This document shows positions 30,342 to 39,189 of a DNA stretch of 64,000 nucleotides, in pieces. Made by a program: the position numbers and the translations under genes. Within the stretch, counting starts at the first letter, position 1, and the number at the start of each line of letters is the position of its first letter. Source of the stretch: Bacteroidota bacterium (lineage in GTDB: Bacteria; Bacteroidota; Bacteroidia; AKYH767-A; 2013-40CM-41-45); assembly GCA_031385005.1 (NCBI GenBank), contig JANNBB010000034.1, positions 1,026-65,025 on the forward strand. The letters are read 5' to 3'. The notes beneath the pieces are model-generated. The model had not been told where the DNA came from, searched no databases, and worked only from the letters and a program-made list of their open reading frames with translations.

Positions 30342-32282
30342 ATGTCGTCCAGTCAGCATCAAAGTAAGTTAACAGCCGCAGGATTGCTAGTTACACTTGG
30401 CATAATTTACGGAGATATCGGCACATCTCCTTTGTATGTAATGAAGGCAATTGTCGGCACTAAATTGATTACTGACGACCTCATTATTGGCGGTGTATCC
30501 TGCGTTTTTTGGACTTTGACGTTATTAACCACAATAAAATATGTTACTCTTGTACTTAAAGCTGATAATAAAGGTGAAGGAGGTATTTTTTCACTTTTCG
30601 CTCTCGTCCGAAAGTCTAAAATCAAATGGCTTTTCATACCGGCCATTATTGGTGGCAGCGCCTTACTGGCAGATGGATTAATCACCCCATCAATTTCAGT
30701 ATCATCGGCAGTAGAAGGATTACGTTATTTTAATCCAGATATTCCCACTGTACCAATTGTTATTGGAATTCTTTTTTTACTATTCTTTATTCAACAGTTT
30801 GGCACCTCCTATATCGGAAAATTCTTTGGCCCTCTCATGCTTATCTGGTTCAGCATGCTGGGAATTCTCGGGGTTAATATGATGGTAACGAATTGGGATA
30901 TTTTTAAAGCATTGAACCCCTATTATGCTTATAACCTGCTTGTCAATTATGAATACGGGTTTGTATTGCTTGGAGCTGTATTCTTGTGTACAACAGGAGC
31001 CGAAGCGCTCTATACCGACCTCGGTCATTGCGGACGAAAAAACATTCGTGCGAGTTGGATTTTTGTAAAAGTCTGTTTAGTGCTTAATTACTTCGGACAA
31101 GGCGCATGGTTGCTTAATCGTTCCGGAAGTACTTTAGATGGACAAAATCCATTTTTCTCCATTATGCCCGCTTGGTTTTTGTTTATCGGAATCATTATCG
31201 CTACCATAGCTGCAATCGTTGCCAGCCAGGCATTGATCAGCGCATCATTTACACTGGTAAACGAAGCTGTACGATTAGATTTCGGACCTAAACTTAAAAT
31301 CGTTTTCCCAAGCGAAATCAGGGGACAGATTTACGTGCCAACAGTAAATTGGGTATTGTGTTTTGGTTGCATCGGTGTCGTTTTATTTTTCAAAGAATCG
31401 TCAGGAATGGAACATGCTTACGGCTTGTCTATTATTCTGGCAATGATGATGGATACATTACTTTTCTCTTTTTTCCTCTATTTAAAACGCTCGTACTTCA
31501 TATTAATTGCCGTTTTCTTCCTTGTATTCTTTGGTATAGAGGGCTCGTTTCTATTAGCCAATCTTCATAAATTAGTTCACGGAGGATGGGTCACACTTCT
31601 GGTGACGAGTTTTTTATTGATAAATATGTATGGTTGGACAAAAGCAAGAAAAATCAGAAGCCGTCTTGTTGAATTTATTAAACTAAGTGATTATCTAAAA
31701 ATTCTCACCGAACTTAGTAATGATACGTCCATTCCAAAATATGCAACACATCTTGTTTACATGTCCAGTGCGACTACGCGCGATGAGATAGAATCGAAAA
31801 TCATTTATTCCATTCTCCAGAAACAACCTAAGCGCGCAGATATTTATTGGTTCATTCACGTTGATGTAATGGACGAACCCTATACTATGGCATACAGAGT
31901 CAATGAAATCATCAACGATAAAGTCATACAGATAAATTTTAAACTGGGATTCAGAATTGAGCCACGTATTAATATTTTATTCCGACAGGTTGTAGAAGAC
32001 CTCGTTGCTAAAAAAGAGGTGGACATCAGCAGTCGTTACTATTCTTTGAGTAAAAATAATGTTATTGGAGATTTCAGATTTATCGTAATCGAAAAATACA
32101 TTTCGAATGAAAATGTTTTCAGCTTCTATCAGCGTATGGTATTGGGATGCTATTCCTTCCTGAAACTTTTCGCGCTCAATGAAGGAAAAGCATTTGGTTT
32201 GGATACAAGTCTGGTGACGATTGAAAAGGTCCCTCTGGTGCTCAACCCGGTTGGAAAAATCGATTTGAAACGCCTGGACTAA
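30342..32282 (+). CDS. kup: KUP/HAK/KT potassium transporter
   Basis: LGIIYGDIGTSPLY, ADNKGEGGIFSL, TGAEALYTDLGH, GQIYVP; about 12 TM segments. Confidence 0.96.
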   Translation: MSSSQHQSKLTAAGLLVTLGIIYGDIGTSPLYVMKAIVGTKLITDDLIIGGVSCVFWTLTLLTTIKYVTLVLKADNKGEGGIFSLFALVRKSKIKWLFIPAIIGGSALLADGLITPSISVSSAVEGLRYFNPDIPTVPIVIGILFLLFFIQQFGTSYIGKFFGPLMLIWFSMLGILGVNMMVTNWDIFKALNPYYAYNLLVNYEYGFVLLGAVFLCTTGAEALYTDLGHCGRKNIRASWIFVKVCLVLNYFGQGAWLLNRSGSTLDGQNPFFSIMPAWFLFIGIIIATIAAIVASQALISASFTLVNEAVRLDFGPKLKIVFPSEIRGQIYVPTVNWVLCFGCIGVVLFFKESSGMEHAYGLSIILAMMMDTLLFSFFLYLKRSYFILIAVFFLVFFGIEGSFLLANLHKLVHGGWVTLLVTSFLLINMYGWTKARKIRSRLVEFIKLSDYLKILTELSNDTSIPKYATHLVYMSSATTRDEIESKIIYSILQKQPKRADIYWFIHVDVMDEPYTMAYRVNEIINDKVIQINFKLGFRIEPRINILFRQVVEDLVAKKEVDISSRYYSLSKNNVIGDFRFIVIEKYISNENVFSFYQRMVLGCYSFLKLFALNEGKAFGLDTSLVTIEKVPLVLNPVGKIDLKRLD

Positions 32283-32300
32283 ACTCTTCGTAGCGTTTTC

Positions 32301-33707
32301 TTAATATTTTACAACTACTATTTTTTGAGGTAAATACTTTTCTATGCTCAACATATAAGAACCTGAATTCAATTCTCTTATATCGAAAGAATTATCGACT
32401 GAGGTAATTTTTCCGCTCGCCGCTATTCCACCAAGTTGATTCGTCAAAACGAAATTCGAACCTATCATTTCAGGCGGGACTGAAAATCTTAAATAATTGT
32501 TAGCCGGGTTTGGAAAAATTTTTATTCGATCGTTTTCATTCACACTATTCAGAGAAACATGCTGGCAATTTATTGCCGGATTATTTCCGGTTGTAAAAAT
32601 GGTGTTTGCGAAAAAATCAACCATATTTTGCAGGCGGAATTGTATATTATCTATTGCATGTCCGTTTGAAACACAATTATTCAGATAAGCGTAATTATTT
32701 ACGATTTCGCTCTGATAAATGGGTTGATAAGGAACGATAGAATGAAAATATTTCGCAATGCTATCGCTTCCGAATGCCATGGGATAATAATAATAACTCT
32801 GACACAAGTTTGTTTGCGCATAGCACTCCCAGCTAATTCTACCTAATATTTGTCCGTAATTAAAATGGACAATTACATCCGAACCCTGATGAAACATATA
32901 CACATCCGGCTTAAACGTGTTTTGCTGAAATATATCCAGACTAAAAACTCCACCGTAAAAATTACCAATACCCTTTACAGAAGCATCGTAGTTTCCGGTG
33001 TTTAAAGCACCATCAATATCTCCCAGGTCGGGGCGGGAATAAGAAATAGAAGAAGGAATGCAACCATAAGCAGCTAATCCCGGATCTGGTGATGGGGCAT
33101 CAGCAATGGCATAACAATCCGGGAATTTTTCGGATAATTGATCCGTATAGGCGGCAGCAAATGACACAAATCCGCCCGCGCTTTCACCGGCAATAAATAC
33201 ATTATAGACGTCCGAAGAATCCAGAGCATTTCTATTCTTCATAAAACGAATGGCGCCTTTCGCATCCTGCATACCGCGGAAATTCGCTCGATAGATTTCA
33301 CTGCTATCGGATATGTAAGCACATGGTTGAGAAATATTAGTGTTGCACAATGCATACATCGAATAACTTTGAGTTTTATGAGTACCTAAACGGTAATTGA
33401 TGTTGGCAACAACCCATCCGCGGGAAGCCAGATTGCGGGACATATAAACTAAATCGGGATCTTCTTTACTACCCCCTATCCACGATCCGCCATGAACAAG
33501 AACTATAATCGGACGCAGACAATTCGAATCACCAATGGGTCTAAAAATATCCATCTTCAACGTATCAGTATTTCCTGCATAGTCGGTTGCTGTTCCATAC
33601 TCAACATTCATTAAGCTATCATAGGAATAAACACCCTGTGTGTAGGGTAATTGTGCTTTGGCAAAAAACACTAAACATAAAAACGGAAAAAGTAAAATTC
33701 TTTTCAT
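32301..33707 (-). CDS. Secreted alpha/beta hydrolase (esterase) with T9SS type A CTD
   Basis: HGGSW oxyanion motif, INYRLG, GESAGG nucleophile; IFPNPA CTD. Start MKRILLF at 33707, downstream of TAAATTTG (33732-33739, minus strand). Confidence 0.85.
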   Translation of the reverse strand: MKRILLFPFLCLVFFAKAQLPYTQGVYSYDSLMNVEYGTATDYAGNTDTLKMDIFRPIGDSNCLRPIIVLVHGGSWIGGSKEDPDLVYMSRNLASRGWVVANINYRLGTHKTQSYSMYALCNTNISQPCAYISDSSEIYRANFRGMQDAKGAIRFMKNRNALDSSDVYNVFIAGESAGGFVSFAAAYTDQLSEKFPDCYAIADAPSPDPGLAAYGCIPSSISYSRPDLGDIDGALNTGNYDASVKGIGNFYGGVFSLDIFQQNTFKPDVYMFHQGSDVIVHFNYGQILGRISWECYAQTNLCQSYYYYPMAFGSDSIAKYFHSIVPYQPIYQSEIVNNYAYLNNCVSNGHAIDNIQFRLQNMVDFFANTIFTTGNNPAINCQHVSLNSVNENDRIKIFPNPANNYLRFSVPPEMIGSNFVLTNQLGGIAASGKITSVDNSFDIRELNSGSYMLSIEKYLPQKIVVVKY

Positions 33708-33881
33708 TAAACCATGTCTAATTGAGTCAAACAAATTTATAAATTAGAGAGCTGTACAATTTCAACTCACCTCCATTTCAGAATGATTCTATAAGTAAAT
33801 ATACAATAAACAATGAAAATAAATTTAAACAATCAGCAAAGAAATAAACTATTATTTCGCCTTTTATGTTGGCAAAATTGA

Positions 33882-34286
33882 TCAATGAGGTAAACGATCT
33901 TTAAAAAATGAATAGGTATATGTTCCTGCAAGCGCGCTTAACAACAAGATAATTGAAATAAAATACCCGCTTCCCACTTGAATATAAATCGGACCCGGAC
34001 AAGCTCCTGTCAATCCCCAGCCGATTCCGAATAAAGCGGAACCGTAAATGGTACCTTGATTAAATAATTTTCTTCTAGGCTGAATTGTTTCGCCTTGAAA
34101 AGATTTAAATTTGAACTTTTTAATAAGCCACATTCCCCCTATTGCCGTCGGAATAGCTGTCAGAAAAATCCCGAATATCTGTATTCCCTGAAAATGAAAC
34201 ATCTCCTGCATTCTATACCAGGAAACTGCTTCACCTTTTATTAATGCTAAACCGAAAATAAAACCAATTATGAAATATTGAATCAT
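33882..34286 (-). CDS. YeeE/YedE family sulfur-compound transporter, second subunit
   Basis: FGIGWGLTGACPGP motif, SWYRMQEMF, four TM segments; likely start ATG 34286. Confidence 0.85.
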   Translation of the reverse strand: MIQYFIIGFIFGLALIKGEAVSWYRMQEMFHFQGIQIFGIFLTAIPTAIGGMWLIKKFKFKSFQGETIQPRRKLFNQGTIYGSALFGIGWGLTGACPGPIYIQVGSGYFISIILLLSALAGTYTYSFFKDRLPH

Positions 34287-34308
34287 TTCTTTCTCTTTAA
34301 ATAAACAA

Positions 34309-34890
34309 TCAATTACCAATCTTTAAAATAACCGGTAATAAAAATATGCTAGTCAGAATTCCGAAAGCGAAAAAAGTAATTGTGGCAACAAGTGAAGGCC
34401 ACTGAAATGTTGACAAACCTAAAATTCCATGACCGGAAGTACAACCTCCCGCCCACCGTGTTCCAAAACCAACGAGAAAACCTCCTCCGACAATCATAAT
34501 TAATCCTCGCAAATTCAGCAATTCATTAAAATTAAAAATTGAAGAAGGCATTACACCTGACTGATTAGCTATACCATATCCAACAAGGAGTTCTCTTGTT
34601 TCAACTGATAAATGAATGGGTTCATTACTGTTCAATAAAATTCCTCCGACAAATCCACTGGTAATTAAACCTAAAGCAAATACCAGATTCCAACGTTGCT
34701 GTTGCCAATCGTAGTTGAGGAAATTAATTTTGCCCGGTAAAATAGCTGCACAAATTTCTCTTAAGGTTGAAGAAATACCTAAAGATTTATTTCCGACAAT
34801 GAGCAATAACGGAACGCATAAACCAATGATTGGTCCAGAGACATACCAAGGCCAGGGTTGTTTCAGCATCAGGAAAAAAAAATCGAGCAT
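34309..34890 (-). CDS. YeeE/YedE family sulfur-compound transporter, first subunit
   Basis: WPWYVSGP, LGISS, LVGFGTRWAGGCTSGHG motif. Confidence 0.88.
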   Translation of the reverse strand: MLDFFFLMLKQPWPWYVSGPIIGLCVPLLLIVGNKSLGISSTLREICAAILPGKINFLNYDWQQQRWNLVFALGLITSGFVGGILLNSNEPIHLSVETRELLVGYGIANQSGVMPSSIFNFNELLNLRGLIMIVGGGFLVGFGTRWAGGCTSGHGILGLSTFQWPSLVATITFFAFGILTSIFLLPVILKIGN

Positions 34891-34927
34891 ATTCGGTCTT
34901 TACAATTTTATACGTTGAGTATTACTC

Positions 34928-36091
34928 TTAATATTTTTTAAGTTCGGGCTGAACTTCATCAATCCATGCAATAATACCACCTTTTAAATTATAAACATTT
35001 ACAAAACCGAACTGCTCCTGCAATTGTTTTATAACTTTGGCACTTCTTCCTCCCATCTTGCAATGAACGACGACTTTTTTGCTCCGGTCAATTTTTTCTA
35101 TTGAATTTTCAATAGTTGCAAGCGGAATAAGTTCTCCTCCGATATTCGCAATTTCATATTCATGTGGTTCCCGGACATCGATTAATTGAAAATCTTCGCC
35201 ACTTTTTTGCCAGTTAAATAGTTCTTTGACAGAAATTTCATTTACAAGAGATTCATCGGCCAATTTCAAACCACAGAAAGCTTCATAATCAATCAATGAA
35301 TGAATAGTCGAATTTATTCCGTTTAAAGGATTCGCCGGGTTTCTGCTGATATTGAATGTTCGTGTTTCGAATGATAAAGCGTCGAAAGTAAAAAACCTTC
35401 CTGAAAGAGGTTCACCAATTCCCGTAATAACCTTAATCACTTCCAACCCTTGCAAACTTCCGATGATACCGGGAAGAACGCCTAATACTCCTGCTTCTGC
35501 GCAGTTAGGAACTAATCCGGGTGGTGGTGGTGTTGGATAGAGGTCACGATAGTTGGGGCCTAATTCCCCTTGAGCATTTCTGTAATTAAACACAGCAACC
35601 TGTCCTTCAAATTGAAATATAGATGCATACACATTCGTTTTACCGGTTAAAACAGCTGCATCGTTGACGAGATACCTTGTAGGAAAATTATCTGTACCAT
35701 CTGCGACTACATCGTATTCAGAAAGTATTTCCAAAATATTGGAAGAAGTTATTCGGGTATTATAGGTTTTTATTTGAATGTATGGATTCAGTGATTCCAA
35801 TCTTCTTTTTGCAGCGTCTACTTTGGGTTTTCCTACATCTTCAATACCGAATAATACCTGGCGATGTAGGTTACTGTCATCCACTACATCAAAATCGACA
35901 ATACCCAAGGTTCCAACTCCGGCTGCTGCAAGGTAAAGTAAAAGTGGACTCCCAAGTCCACCGGAACCAACCACTAAAACTTTTGATGCCTTCAATTTAC
36001 TTTGAGCTTCAATTCCGAAATCGGGAATGATGATATGCCGATTGTATCGTGCTAATTCATCTTTAGAAAATTGAATGATTTGATTGGTCAT
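34928..36091 (-). CDS. moeB: MoeZ-type sulfur-carrier adenylyltransferase (ThiF/MoeB E1 fused to rhodanese)
   Basis: RYNRH, VGSGGLGSP, SNLHRQ, DGTDNFPTRY, NYRDLYP...NCAEAG; rhodanese LIDVRE...HCKMGGRS...GGIIAW. Confidence 0.92.
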   Translation of the reverse strand: MTNQIIQFSKDELARYNRHIIIPDFGIEAQSKLKASKVLVVGSGGLGSPLLLYLAAAGVGTLGIVDFDVVDDSNLHRQVLFGIEDVGKPKVDAAKRRLESLNPYIQIKTYNTRITSSNILEILSEYDVVADGTDNFPTRYLVNDAAVLTGKTNVYASIFQFEGQVAVFNYRNAQGELGPNYRDLYPTPPPPGLVPNCAEAGVLGVLPGIIGSLQGLEVIKVITGIGEPLSGRFFTFDALSFETRTFNISRNPANPLNGINSTIHSLIDYEAFCGLKLADESLVNEISVKELFNWQKSGEDFQLIDVREPHEYEIANIGGELIPLATIENSIEKIDRSKKVVVHCKMGGRSAKVIKQLQEQFGFVNVYNLKGGIIAWIDEVQPELKKY

Positions 36092-36105
36092 AATACATAA
36101 TTTAT

Positions 36106-36387
36106 TTATATTGATGTTCCCCCTGCTATTGCAGGAATAATGCTGATAATGGCATCTTTTTTTAAGACTGTTTGCTCTTGTTGAAGATTGCGAATATCGT
36201 CGTTTCCTACGAAAATATTTATAAAACTTCTTAAGTTCCCCTTTTCATCAAGCAAATGCTTTTTCAGGTCCGGGAAATTAAGCGTTAACTCATTCACTAA
36301 ATCTTGTATAGTATTAGCGTTTAATTCCAATCTGCTATTGTTATTAGTGAATTTTCTGAGGGGAGTCGGAATAATGATTGTTGGCAT
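36106..36387 (-). CDS. Ubiquitin-like sulfur carrier (CysO/MoaD/ThiS family) with C-terminal extension
   Basis: IPTPLRKFT, FINIFVGNDDIR, IIPAIAGG followed by TSI-stop. Confidence 0.9.
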   Translation of the reverse strand: MPTIIIPTPLRKFTNNNSRLELNANTIQDLVNELTLNFPDLKKHLLDEKGNLRSFINIFVGNDDIRNLQQEQTVLKKDAIISIIPAIAGGTSI

Positions 36388-36406
36388 TTTATATCTTTTA
36401 TTAAAA

Positions 36407-36826
36407 TTAATTATTAAAGTTTATTATTTCCTCTTCAAACTGTTCAAAATCGTTAAGACGCCACGATCGAATTAAATCAACTTTAGCATTCAAAATAGAA
36501 ACGATAACGTATGAGAAATAGGGTTGCGCCGCCAAACGATCTGTTTCGGAAGGGACAGGTGGATGATCGGGATGAGAATGATAAATTCCCAGAAGTGACA
36601 AATGTCTTTCATCCGCAAATTTTTCTGCATATAAATAATCGGCAGGACTTATGAGGAATCGTCTACGTTGATCCTCCATACTTATATTAACAACAGGGAG
36701 AACAACGTTTACAAATCTTTTTTCGATTTCTTCCATACCTAAAAGAAAACCGCAACATTCGTTGGGATAACTCTTTAAAGCATCTTCACTAATTCGGGAA
36801 ATAGCGTGTGCAGTCAAGTTAATCAT
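36407..36826 (-). CDS. JAMM/MPN+ (M67) metallopeptidase, Mec-like
   Basis: YPNECCG and YHSHPDHPPVPSETD (E...HxH-x7-S-x2-D); start overlaps the stop of the cysteine synthase gene. Confidence 0.92.
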   Translation of the reverse strand: MINLTAHAISRISEDALKSYPNECCGFLLGMEEIEKRFVNVVLPVVNISMEDQRRRFLISPADYLYAEKFADERHLSLLGIYHSHPDHPPVPSETDRLAAQPYFSYVIVSILNAKVDLIRSWRLNDFEQFEEEIINFNN

Positions 36827-37761
36827 AGTCCGAGTTTTTTAATTACTTCACCATACTTAGCAGCATTGTCGGGAAGAATGGTTACAACAATATAGTTTGA
36901 ATTATTTTTTGCTAATTTGAATGCCCCGGTAAGGTTTGCCGCAGATGAAGGGCTAAGTAAAATTCCATCTTGCCTATATATTTGAATCAATGTTTCATAA
37001 GCTTCCTCAGTGGTTACTTCAGCATTTTCATCTGCCAATGAAGCATCGTAAATACCTGGAACAACGGCAGTATCGAGATGTTTCCAACCCTCCATACCAT
37101 GAAGAGCGGAATCCGGGTGAAGGGCAACTAAATGAATGTTTGCATTTTCATCTTTTAACCTTCTGCCGGTACCGATGAATGTCCCTGTAGTTCCCAATCC
37201 GGCCACAAAATGAGTGATCTCAGGAACACATTTTAAAATCTCCAAAGCTGTTGAATCATAATGTGCCTTCCAATTGTTAGGATTTTTATATTGATCCGCA
37301 TAGAAATATTTATCAGAATACTTGAAAGACAATTCCAATGCAACCGATTGTGCGCCATCGGTACCTTCTAGAGGAGAGGTAAAAATTATTTCAACACCCA
37401 GGTTTTCCAGTATTCTTTTTCTTTCTATGGAGGCATTTTCAGGCAAACACAGGGTGACTTGAATTCCGAGTTGATGACAAATTTCCGCATATGCAATTCC
37501 GGTATTACCGCTTGTTGCATCTAACAATCGAATTTCTTTGTTTAATTTTCCTTCGCGGATAGCACCTAATATAATTCCATAGGCAGCACGTGCTTTGACG
37601 CTTCCGGAAAGCTGCATCCACTCCAATTTGGCTAACACTGCTACATGCTTATCGCTCCAATGCTGAAACAATTGCATAGATGTATTCCCAATTTGGTTTC
37701 CCAAATTAATGGCATCCCGGAGTAACACAGAATCGATGTTATTTGATTTTAGCTCTATCAT
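36823..37761 (-). CDS. PLP-dependent cysteine synthase family protein (CysM-like)
   Basis: IGNT, KLE...SGSVKAR PLP lysine, ATSGNTG, QYKNPNN, GLGTTGT, SSAAN, ILPD...KY. Confidence 0.9.
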   Translation of the reverse strand: MIELKSNNIDSVLLRDAINLGNQIGNTSMQLFQHWSDKHVAVLAKLEWMQLSGSVKARAAYGIILGAIREGKLNKEIRLLDATSGNTGIAYAEICHQLGIQVTLCLPENASIERKRILENLGVEIIFTSPLEGTDGAQSVALELSFKYSDKYFYADQYKNPNNWKAHYDSTALEILKCVPEITHFVAGLGTTGTFIGTGRRLKDENANIHLVALHPDSALHGMEGWKHLDTAVVPGIYDASLADENAEVTTEEAYETLIQIYRQDGILLSPSSAANLTGAFKLAKNNSNYIVVTILPDNAAKYGEVIKKLGL

Positions 37762-37768
37762 TTTCTAC

Positions 37769-37800
37769 AAAAAAAAAGCTCCACATTTCGGTGGAGCTTT
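37769..37800 (-). terminator. Intrinsic terminator in the 5' leader of the sulfur-relay operon (attenuator)
   Basis: Minus strand AAAGCTCCAC-CGAAAT-GTGGAGC-TTTTTTTTT, ending 7 nt before the cysteine synthase ATG. No large gene ends here on either strand. Confidence 0.85.
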
Positions 37801-37824
37801 CTTCAAGGTTATGCTTTTTAATTT

Positions 37825-37914
37825 TTATGCACAATAATCATTGTCCACCACAATGATAAATCCTGTGGTTTGACAACATGATGTACTTAGAATATTTTCT
37901 CTTATTAGTTTCAT
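37825..37914 (-). CDS. Putative Cys-containing leader peptide MKLIRENILSTSCCQTTGFIIVVDNDYCA (29 aa)
   Basis: ATG 37914 to TAA 37825 with AT-rich upstream context. Tandem TGT TGT at codons 13-14 and TGT at codon 28. Stop lies 24 nt before the terminator. Confidence 0.65.
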   Translation of the reverse strand: MKLIRENILSTSCCQTTGFIIVVDNDYCA

Positions 37915-38095
37915 TTCATTTAATTATATGCAATGTAAGTAAAATCTAATCCGTTGTCAAGTTAATATTTAAAATAATTTCAATTGGGGGATTAATTAAA
38001 CATTACTTATTCATCAAAATCTTTAAAATAATTGAAATTGATCCCCAAGAGTGGTAGATGTTTTCTAACTTTACCAAGATCGTGATTCAACTTGT

Positions 38096-39130
38096 ATGAA
38101 GAATTCTTACGTTTACCGTAATCCCAAGTATTTTCTTAGTTTGTTACCCGGAATCGCTGTTATTTACGGTAATATTATAGGTGGTTGGTGGGGGCTTTCA
38201 AACCTGGTCTTTTCACTTGGCATTTTGGCATTAGTAGAATGGTTTACACCCGTAGATAAGAGTAATGAAAACACTTCTGAATCACTCATTCCTGATCTGG
38301 TATTAATCCTGCACGTATGCATTCAAATACTTGCACTATCCACTTTTTTCTATTCGATACATCAAAATAAATTTTCTTTCTGGCAATTACACTGGGCAGC
38401 GGTGAGCGTAGGGATTCACAGTGGCTCCTCCTCTATCGTCATTGCACATGAAATGATACACAGGAAAAATAAAATCTGGCGATGGTTAGGGAAATTTTTA
38501 CTATTCACCGCAGGAAATGTATATTTCTTTGTTGAACATCTTCGTGTGCATCACAAATGGGTAGGAACTGAGAAGGATCCGGCAAGCGCATATTACAATG
38601 AATCACTTTATCGTTTTTATTTACGAACTACCTACGGACAATTTACAAATGCCTTATCTATGGAATCAGAACGATTAAAATCTGAAAATCGTTTTCCTTA
38701 TAGCATGAGAAATTATGTAGTTCAAAATTTATTATTATTAACAGTCTTAATTATTGCTCTGTACTATTTCATAGGCACTGCTGCAGTCATTGCATTTATA
38801 TTTCAGGCAATCATCGCTAATTTCCTTTTAGAATATACGAACTACATTGAACATTACGGACTACGCAGAAATGAAAATGAGCGGGTGAATGAAAAACATT
38901 CCTGGCAGAGTGACAAAGTAATATCGAGATTTTTTCTCATTGACCTCAGTCGCCATAGCGATCATCACTACTATGCATCCAAACCTTTTCATCAACTAAA
39001 TTCACTTCCCGGAAGTCCCGTTCTGCCTACCGGATACGTTACCAGTATTTATCTGGCATTGATTCCACCACTCTGGTATAAAGTGGTGAACAAAAGAATT
39101 AAAGAATTCAATTCAAGTCAATCGCTTTAA
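38096..39130 (+). CDS. alkB: Alkane 1-monooxygenase (AlkB) family membrane di-iron enzyme
   Basis: His boxes HEMIH, EHLRVHH, NYIEHYGL (HYG motif), LSRHSDHH. Confidence 0.85.
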   Translation: MKNSYVYRNPKYFLSLLPGIAVIYGNIIGGWWGLSNLVFSLGILALVEWFTPVDKSNENTSESLIPDLVLILHVCIQILALSTFFYSIHQNKFSFWQLHWAAVSVGIHSGSSSIVIAHEMIHRKNKIWRWLGKFLLFTAGNVYFFVEHLRVHHKWVGTEKDPASAYYNESLYRFYLRTTYGQFTNALSMESERLKSENRFPYSMRNYVVQNLLLLTVLIIALYYFIGTAAVIAFIFQAIIANFLLEYTNYIEHYGLRRNENERVNEKHSWQSDKVISRFFLIDLSRHSDHHYYASKPFHQLNSLPGSPVLPTGYVTSIYLALIPPLWYKVVNKRIKEFNSSQSL

Positions 39131-39189
39131 TAAAGCAAATTATTCAGATGTAATTACAAGTATCGTTAACACAAGCAAACAATAGTTAA

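Noticed and set aside
34928-36826. E1 + ubiquitin-like + JAMM trio as an anti-phage system (CBASS Cap2/Cap3, Bil)
   Set aside because: No E2, CD-NTase or effector. The E1 has a rhodanese domain and the neighbours are cysteine synthase and YeeE, which fits sulfur relay.
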